Positions 30,286 to 42,394 of a DNA stretch of 42,394 nucleotides are shown one piece after another. The position numbers were made by a program, and so were the translations under genes. Source of the DNA: Ministeria vibrans ATCC 50519 (Eukaryota; Protista; Filasterea); NCBI GenBank assembly GCA_943704425.1, contig CALSCP010002675.1, positions 1 through 42,394 of the forward strand. Direction: 5' to 3'. Under the pieces are notes generated by a model. The model was not told the origin of the DNA, searched no databases, and saw only the letters and a program-made list of their open reading frames with translations. How positions within the stretch are numbered: the first letter of the stretch is position 1; each line of letters begins with the position of its first letter.

Positions 30286-33200
30286 ATGGCTAGCCCTGTA
30301 GAGCCAGAGAGACTGGAAAAGTTCTTCTACTCAGTGGACGAAGAGCAGATTGCGCAGCAACGATTGGCGGCAGAATCAATGCTTGCGCACAGCGACGCCT
30401 CTCGCTCGCGTCCCTCCGCTGCCGAAGCCGCCGCTTCACACGCTGCGCACGACGCGTACGTCGCACACATGAACCACAGCGACGAGTCCGCCAGGCGACA
30501 CGGCAGGATGAGCGAGCCTGCAGCCACACGGGCAATGTCAACATCAGCGAGTTTTTCAAAATCCTTCACCAACCCGTTTGACGGCGAAGCCAACGACCAG
30601 CTTGGCCTGGTCATCGATGACTCAGAGTTTGCCGACGACGATGCTCAAGGCCGTGCCTTGCTCGACCAGCACGAGTGTGAGTTCCTCGATGAGCAGCGAT
30701 TTCGCATTGGCGACAACGGCAAGGACGACGACGACGACGACGAAATTGAAGAGCATCTCGAGGAAGACAGCGACGACGACGACAGCGCCGCCACCTCTCC
30801 CACCAAACTCGACGCTCTTCTCTTTGCCACGACCGAGAGCTCGGCGCCACCCCTTGCTCCTGCACCCTCGACGACTGCAACAGCGCCCACACCCGTTGCC
30901 ACTCCCTCTACCGCATCGCCCACACCGTCGACGCCGCCCCAGGCATCATCCACTACGACTGGCACGGCTACGCCAGGCGAGTACTTTCGCATCAAGTCGT
31001 ACGAAATTGGATCACTCTCAAAGCCAAAGCACGAACGCGAGCGGGTCAGTTTTGGTCAATCTCCCTCACGCGGACCCATTCGTACGCCCATGCCAGGCCC
31101 TCCACCACAGCTACTCAAGCCAGAGGAGGAATCGGCTCGTAATCATTTAGATGTGGCTACCATGGGCGCACTCACACCCACACAAACGCCCAGCAGTAAG
31201 AAACAGCGCAATCTTCATCAGGCGTCGGTCAAGCGTGCGGCTACTGCTGCTGCTGCTGCTGCTGCTGCTGTCGCAACGGTTGCTGCACACACCACCACCA
31301 CCACCACTACTACTACTACTAATACTACTTCTGCTGCTGCTGCATTTGCTTCCACACCGACTATTGTTGCAAGCACACCTGCGCCAGGTCGCAGTGGCGC
31401 CGCGCGTGGCTTTGGCCTGGGCGCCAGCCCGGCCATGAGCCCGCTCTACTCGAATCGTCCGGCGACCATGGCCAACCTCGCCATGGACGACAGCGACGAC
31501 AGCGACGAGCAGGTCAGCCCTGACAAAAGTGGTGACTCACGCAGCGTGTCGCGCGGCAGCAGTCGTTCCATCAACGGTCGTAACCTCACCAGTGAGTTTG
31601 AGCAGTCGGCCATTGACGACGCGCGCGAGGCGGCCGAGCGCAAGCGGATCAACACCAGCAACTTGCGCGTGCCGAAACAGCACATGTCGTCAAAACGCAG
31701 CCATTCAGCGAGCGAACGAATCGCCGACTTTGGTGTACCTTCCTCCGACGAACAGTTTGTGTCGGGGAGTCCGCGCAAGCGAGCGCACCAAGCAGTGAAT
31801 GGCGACGACTCGAGCGACGAACTCGAAGTGGTCGCCACAACAGACGCACACACTGCTAACGTCAAGACTTCCAGCAATAGCATCAACAACAACAACAACA
31901 CCGCTGCCGCCAACACCCGTACCGCCGAAAATGACGACGACGAGGTTGTCGAGCGTGCCATGCGAATGTTTGCAAGTCGTGGTGGAGGAGGGCAGTATGG
32001 CCAACACGCTCCTGCCGATGTCGCTTCTTCTTCTGCTGCTGATCGAACTGATGCTGCTGATGCTGTTGTGGTGGATGATGACATTGTGCGACGGGCCCTG
32101 GGCAGGGAAGACGGTCGTCCCAGTGACTGGGGCGAGCCCGTTGAAGATCCCACTGGCCGCATCAATGTCGATGTTGCCACCAGCCTGATGATGGCGCGCC
32201 TTCACCGGTCCCCCGACGACATCACCATGTGCGAGAACGAACTGCACGTTTCAGGCGATTCCTTCTTGCGCGACCAATACGACGACGAAGAGGGTGGCAA
32301 CGATGGAGCGCACACGAATGGCACAGCCGTTAAGGGTACGGCTACGACACGAGATACTACAACAGACGACAAGGAGGCCATTTCAGCCATGTTCTACGAT
32401 GAGCCGTCTATCAACCCTGGCGATCATCATCTGTCACACTTTCTGTTCGCACCGTCGCAGCAAGCCGCTCAGTCGGCAGCGGCCTTTGCGTCGCTCGGCG
32501 GTTCCAACATCGATGACATCGATGTGGTTGACGAGGCAACCGACTCGCCGGGTGTGGTGCAATCGCCACACCGACGCCACAGCGGCCGTATCAATCCGTA
32601 CACAACGGCCCATCCGGCCGAGATGCGTCGGCGCTCGTCCGTTGACATGGACCTGACGACCACCTCGTCAGATCCTCTAGGTGATGCGGTTGCCCAGCTT
32701 GACAATATGGTCGTCAATTTGGGCCTGTCAGATGTGCGCACCCAACACCCCTCTGCTTCGCCTAGTCACACGTACAGCTCACCGTCGAAGTCAACAACGC
32801 CAAAGCGCACGTATACCGGTGACAAGGCGACAACCCCCATCTCCCTCGCGAGCCTGTCTAGCACCTCGATGCCACTGTCCCTCTCGGTGCCTCAGCGCAT
32901 TCGCTTGCCACGCCTCTACGGCTCGAGCGAGCCCCTAAATGCCACCATCCCCGTCACCAACACGAGTTCGTGCGGTGTCTGGTGTCGTCTTCAGTTTGAC
33001 ACACTCGACACCAGCATCGATGTGGAGAACATGGATGATTCGGATGCCATTTTCCTTGCGCCCGGCGACCAAGGTGCCCTTCAAATGGAGATTGTGGCGC
33101 CAGTGGGGCGCCCGTGTACGGTCCGGTGCGCCGTCGTGGCCACCGGAACGCTTCACAACTCCCGTCCCTATGTGGTCAGCGTCACTATTGAAGCGGAGAC

Positions 33201-36200
33201 GGAGGAGCGTGCACATATTGAGCTGGAGGAGGTTCTCGCCTCTTCCAAACGACGCCCTTGCACTCTCATTGATTTTTGCACCGTCCATCTGGGTGACACC
33301 AACGCGCGTGCACTTGTTCTCTTCAACACGGGCGGTACCCGTGCGAGTGTACGCGTTGCCATGCGCGAGCCGGACGCCTACTTTTCCCTTTCGTACGGCG
33401 ATCAAGACCCCTCCGACGCGCTCGAGGTGGACGTGCCCCCCTTCACGCCTCAAGGCGTCACCGTGTATCTGCATTTCTCGAGCGACGCTGACAGCGCTGT
33501 TGCGCCCTGTGAGCCATTCAATCAAACGCACACCATCCGCAATGCGCTCATGGTCATCCCGCGTACTCCACAAGAGCCCCAGATTGTGCCTTTGTTTGCC
33601 ACCATTGGACGACCACACGTGCAGCTCCAGTGTCTCTCCCTCTCCCTCAGAGGACCCGCCGACAGCCAAGTTCTTGCCCTGCGCAATGTCGGCGCGGTTC
33701 AGGCGCGTCTTAGTCTGCGTGTGGGTCATGCAAGCTTTGCCGTGAAGCCCACCGAGCTTACAATTGAAGCGGGTGCCGCGAGCGAGGTGACTGTCGAGTA
33801 TATTGCGAGCGAGTGGGCCACACGTGTCGAAACGACCGATCTGCTGCTGTATGGGTGCACCGGCGGCGATCGTTCATGCACGCGCGTTCCTCTGGAAGCG
33901 ACCAATACGTCGAGCCACGACAACGCTGTTGACAATGACGGCACTGTGCGCCGCCCCCGCCCCCGCCCCCGCAGCAGCAGTAGCAGCAGCAGTGGTGGTG
34001 GTGGTGTGCCTCGTCGTGTGTCATTTGCCACCATGGCCTCGTCTGCAGTAGAGGCGGCTGTTTCTGTGCCGTCAAACGGTCACTTTGATCCATCTTTTCC
34101 GCTCTCTATTGACGCGGACAGTGTGGACTTTGGTGCGGTGCGCTTGCACACAACGGAGACGTGCGCCATTCACTTCCGCAACTTGCTCGATGATGACGAA
34201 ATCCGCCTGCGCATTGCATTGGATGTGACTTCGGCGCACCGCTCACACAAACACACTCATCGAGCCAATCAGATGGCACCGCAAGTGGAGGAGGAAGAGA
34301 GTGTCGAGGAGCGTGCGCGCGCGATGGAACAGCTCTCGCGCATGGGTTTGTCGCTGTGTCCTCCTCGCTCGGCCGACCCCACCTCGTCGCCGAGTCTTGG
34401 TGCACGTCGGGGTGTCATGGAGACGGTGATTCGACGTGGAACCAGTCAGGTGACGACACTCGTAGTGGCATTTGTGCCGTCGCATTTGTGCGAAGCGAAC
34501 GCCGTGCTTCATGTGTTTGCGGCCGTCGGCCGTGACACGCCCTTGCGACCCCTGACCGACATGCCAATCTGTGGACGTGGCGGACGCAGTAATGTGACGG
34601 TGTTGTCGGCTCGAGCGAGCACGCCAACATCGAGAGGTGGTGAGACGTATGAGACGGTATCAGTGGCGCAGCGACCAATTGCAGACAGTCGCTCGTCGGA
34701 AGTGATTGAAACCGATGTGACCCTGTCCAACGATGGTCAACGGGCCGCCTGGTGTCGCATTGTGCCGTTCAAAGAAGATGACTCGGATGGTCACAATCAA
34801 AAACAGCAACAACAGCAACGCTCGAGTGCGACTGCATCTGCTGCGTTGTCGAGTCCCGGGCGAAGTCGGTTCCTTCCGGCCCGACCCTTTGTCGAGCCAT
34901 CCTCATTTGTGCTGCCCGCTGGCCACACACGCACATTTTATGTGACACAACGCGGCGGTAATTCGCCCGTGATACCCTCGGTCAAGGTGGTGACGGGTGA
35001 TGAGCTGGACCGACGTCGCGTGGTTGCACGACGAGGTGTCACTGCGCGACTTGGTGGCGTGCGTGTAGGGGGCGCCGCACTGTTCACCAATGCGTTTCAG
35101 GTGAGTGCACAGAGTGAGCCTGAGATGGAGCATGTGGACTCGTGGGTGGACGATTGGCAGACTAGCGATGTGGCGACACGCTTGATCGTAGTTCGATTTG
35201 AGAGTGCTAAGACTGATAAGGAGGGGAACGAGGAGTGGACAGAAGAAGAAGTGGAGGAGATGCGAAGAGAGTCTGATAATGATGACGACGGCGAGGAGGA
35301 GAATGATGATGGTACTGTTGTCGATGATGATGGTGACAGCGACGACGAGTGTGCAGGCTCGTACAGTTTGAAAATGTCGGCGGACGTTGATTTCGAAGAT
35401 GGCCTTGGCGGAGATGTTAATTTCGATGATGTCAATGATGAAGATGTCAATGATGATGATGATGATGATGCTGATGACGGTGAGGGTGCGGGGTGCACTG
35501 TGCTGCCGGCACGTCTCGTGCTGGAGGACACGCGTGAAGAGGGCAGTGTGCACATTGTGAACAGGTGTCGGGGCGCAGTACCGTATCAAGTGCTGTGGCC
35601 GTCGCGACACCTGCTCGTGGACTCGTCCTCTGGGGTGATACCGGGCGACGGTGGTCGGGCTGTTATTGGTGTGCGACGACGCAAGCCACATACGTCCGAT
35701 GAGGCGACGACGTCTATGGACGAATTGTCGCAAGACTGGACTGGCAAGGTTCATGTGATTTGCGGGCGTCAACGTCGACAGACAGTGAAGGTGCTGTGGC
35801 GCCCAAGAGAAGCGCGTGAGCGTGCGCGAGCCGAAAAAGAGCGCAGGAAGCAGGAGAAGCGACGACGCGCCAAGGAAGCAGAGGCGGAACTGGTGCGAGC
35901 TCGTCGTGAGCGGGAAGAGGAAGAACAGCGGAAGCAACAACACAGACGTCAGAAGGAGGCTGTGGTGGAGCGAGTGCGCTCGTGTCCCGTGAGTATGCGA
36001 CCCGCAACCGTTGTGTTTGCCGGCGATCATGAGACGGGTGCGATGACACGACGTACGCTGACGTTGCAGAATGACTCGTTGAGCGACGCCTTCCAATGGT
36101 CGTTGAATCCGTTGACGCAAGCGCGCGTGTCCTTGGACAGCGGTGGCACAGCGACACGACGAGTGGAAGGCCACGACCCGTTTGGGACGGGGCGGCGTTC

Positions 36201-37404
36201 GGGCGTGCTACCACCGAGCTCGCGTGAGACCATCACGGCGTGGTACCGTGCACCGACTTCACGACTCCGCACGGTGAGCCAGACATGGACGCTTGCAGTG
36301 TCAACCCTGCCGCACGCGCCACGTCGCGCGTCCACCAGCGGACCGGCCTTCCCCGTTCAGCACATCAAGATGCAGGCTGTGTCCGCCAGTCGCCCCCCAT
36401 CGGCACAGGTGCCCCAGCGCACCGTCGCCACGACGGCCCATCTTAGTCGCCCCTCTGCACCCGCCGTGTTCTTCACCAAGCCCGATGCCATTGAGTTTCC
36501 GTCAACATCACTTACTGGACGCGCCGAGACGGCCACCACCGTCCACGTGAAGGTGTGCAATCCGTCGGGAGCCGACTTGACCCTCACTTCCGTCACCCAC
36601 GCACCGTTCATCTGCCGCCACCGCGTCTTTGCAGTGCCCGCCCGTAACTACGTACTGCTTCCCGTGTCGTTTCATCCATCGAGGTAACCATGTGCATGTG
36701 TGTATGTGTGAGAAAATAGAGAGAGAAATAGAGAGAAGGAGGAGAGAGAAAGAAACAAAGTGATGGAGAGAGAGAAAGGAGAGAGAAAGAAGCAAAGTGA
36801 TAGAGAGAGTGAAAGGAGAGAGAAAGAAGCAAAGTGATAGAGAGAGTGAAAGGAGAGAGAAAGAAACAAAGTGATAGAGAGAGTGAAAGGAGAGAGAAAG
36901 AAACAAAGTGATAGAGAGAGTGAAAGGAGAGAGAAAAAAACAAAGTGATAGAGAGAGTGAAAGGAGAGAGAAAGAAACAAAGTGATAGAGAGAGTGAAAG
37001 GAGAGAGAAAGAAACAAAGTGATAGAGAGAGTGAAAGGAGAGAGAAAGAAACAAAGTGATAGAGAGAGTGAAAGGAGAGAGAAAGAAACAAAGTGATAGA
37101 GAGAGTGAAAGGAGAGAGAAAGAAACAAAGTGATAGAGAGAGTGAAAGGAGAGAGAAAGAAACAAAGTGATAGAGAGAGTGAAAGGAGAGAGAAAGAAAC
37201 AAAGTGATAGAGAGAGAGAAAGGAGAGAGAAAGAAACAAAGTGATAGAGAGAGAGAGCAACGAAAGCGAATGATTATCGTTAAGAAAACAAATAGCTGAT
37301 GATCATGATTGTGTTGTAGATACGGCGTCTCTGGCGGTGTGTTGGTGTTGGGTTCGGACGGAATGGCCTCCGTGCGCATTCCCTTGCGTGGATTTGCCGC
37401 TTGA
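30286..37404 (+). CDS. CEP192: CEP192/Spd-2-like centrosomal protein (disordered N-terminus plus tandem ASH/PapD-like Ig domains)
   Basis: Exon 30286-36683 plus exon 37320-37404. Repeated ASH-type 'LxNxG' segments (LFNTGG, LRNVGA, LSNDGQRAAW), plus GRGGRSNV and GDELDRRR. The spliced end YVLLPVSFHPSR|YGVSGGVLVL...VRIPLRGFA* resembles the CEP192 C-terminus. Confidence 0.8.
36741..37256. repeat. 37-bp intronic minisatellite, ~14 copies (GAGAGAGAAAGAAACAAAGTGATAGAGAGAGTGAAAG)
   Basis: Period of 37 checked between 36861 and 36898; the array fills most of the CEP192 intron. Confidence 0.95.
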
Positions 37405-37537
37405 TGTCGAATTTGAAATGAACCCAATAAATTATTTCTGTCTTTGTGTACATTTCATTTCATTCATGTTCTTCATTAATAATTATTCTTAATTTTGTTG
37501 TGGATCTCTCTCAAACGTCTTCTTATTTGGTGTACTA

Positions 37538-38497
37538 TCACCACTCTTTCGCAGTGCGATCGGAAAAGAAGCGGCCAGTGATGGTTTCGTCGCTGGGCAA
37601 GGTAGCAAGCCAGAAGGGCGTGTCGGCACCCTCTTCGGCACTGCGGGGCGCCTTGTCACCCGCCATGTCAGTGCGACACTGTACGAAGACCAAACACAAA
37701 TCGAGAAAGGTACATAATTCAACATTAGTGATGAGAAGAGGAGGAGGCGCGCAGTGTGTTTTCTTCGTACCCAACCTGGGCATGCTGCGTTGATGAGAAT
37801 GCCGTTCTTGGCAAAGTTGCGCGAGTGGATGATGGTGAGAGCGCTGACAGCAACCTTGGAGACGCTGTAGGTGGAGTTGGGCCAGCCGCGCTCGACGTGC
37901 TGGCCGGCCGCAATGTCGTCGGTGAATCGCTGTACAAAGGCGTCCAGACCGGCAACGTCGAGTGTGGGGTCAAGGAGGATGGCGCGGAGCGAGTCGGAGA
38001 CGCGAGAGAAGGCGCCAATCGAACTGGAGACGTTGACAACGCGTCCGCCGGGTCGCACAAGGGGCAGGAGCGCATCAGAGACGTCTCGCGTGCCGTAGTA
38101 GTTGATACGCAGCGTCACCTTGGCCTGGTCGGCAAAGGATTCCGTTGCAGCGCGAGGGAAGGCAAATCCGGCGTTGTTGACCAGCACGTCAATGCCGTTG
38201 TGTTCGCTCTTCAAATGCGCCGCAAAGCGATCAATCGACGCTTTGTCGGTAATGTCGAGCTGGTGGACCCGCAACTTGTGGTAGAACGGCTGATCCTTCT
38301 GTGTCTCGACGGCTGCCTCTCCCTGCGAAGGGTTGCGGGCTGTGCGAACATGTTACGCGTGATTATATTCTATTCTTTCGCTCCTCCTTACCGGTAATGT
38401 AGACGATTGCATCGTCGGGAAGCGCCGCTGCAATGCGAATCGCAGTAAACCATCCAATGCCCTTGTTGGATCCGGTGACGACGGCGACGCGCGACAT
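37538..38497 (-). CDS. Carbonyl reductase [NADPH] 1-like short-chain dehydrogenase/reductase
   Basis: MSRVAVVTGSNKGIG (Rossmann), HQLDI, GIDVLVNNAG, NYYGT, RVVNVSS, GWPNSTYSVSK (YxxxK), ILINAACPG and RTDMAG...EEGADTPFWLA; two introns. Confidence 0.92.
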
Positions 38498-38698
38498 GTT
38501 AAATAATAAGGTAAAATAAAATTACTGAATACTGAATAGTGAATACACATTATTAATGAATAATTTTATGAAAAATCTTAATGACATTGTTTTTCTTCCT
38601 CTTCTGTGTCTGTCTTCTCCCTGTGCAGCGACCACATTCAACGCAAGTCTCCCAAGTAGGATAGAGAACGATCTGAGTACCGCGCGTTGCATTTCTTC

Positions 38699-42263
<3,565 letters not shown>

Positions 42264-42394
42264 AAAAATAAGAAAACAAATTTTAAGAAGAAGAAGAAGA
42301 AGAAGAATACAACCCATTTATTAATGATACAGTCACCACGCGAAGACACAGCCAGACCGCCTTGCAAACTCGACCGAAACTCTAGAGGTAACAT

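Noticed and set aside
30290-36611. Many antisense and alternative-frame ORFs over CEP192 and other GC-rich exons
   Set aside because: Shadow ORFs expected from GC-rich codon usage; no recognisable motifs.
36741-37256. 37-bp periodic array as a possible CRISPR array
   Set aside because: Units are head-to-tail with no unique spacers, the array lies in a eukaryotic intron, and there are no cas genes.

Overview
Gene-dense, intron-containing eukaryotic DNA. Exons are GC-rich, GT-AG introns are short (down to ~47 nt) and rich in microsatellites, and there are three assembly gaps. The gene content suggests a flagellated protist, probably a non-animal opisthokont-like lineage (inference only). Hand-spliced gene models, in order: UTP25(-), coronin(-, 5' end missing), SLC25A42-like carrier(+), METTL22-DapF fusion(-), COA4(+), PhyH-like dioxygenase(-), two tandem CRAL-TRIO paralogs(+), FOXRED2-like(-), INTS7-UPF2 fusion(-), ERV1(+), FMO(-), PDCD5(+), CEP192-like(+), carbonyl reductase(-), and an N-terminally truncated ODAD4/TTC25-like gene(+). 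Two apparent in-frame fusions of unrelated proteins stand out. (1) Integrator subunit 7, lacking most of its C-terminal domain, splices in phase onto the MIF4G-2/MIF4G-3/UPF1-binding half of the NMD factor UPF2 (~1626 aa). (2) A METTL22-type lysine methyltransferase runs without a stop into an intronless, bacterial-looking diaminopimelate epimerase (641 aa). All family assignments come from remembered motifs, not database searches.
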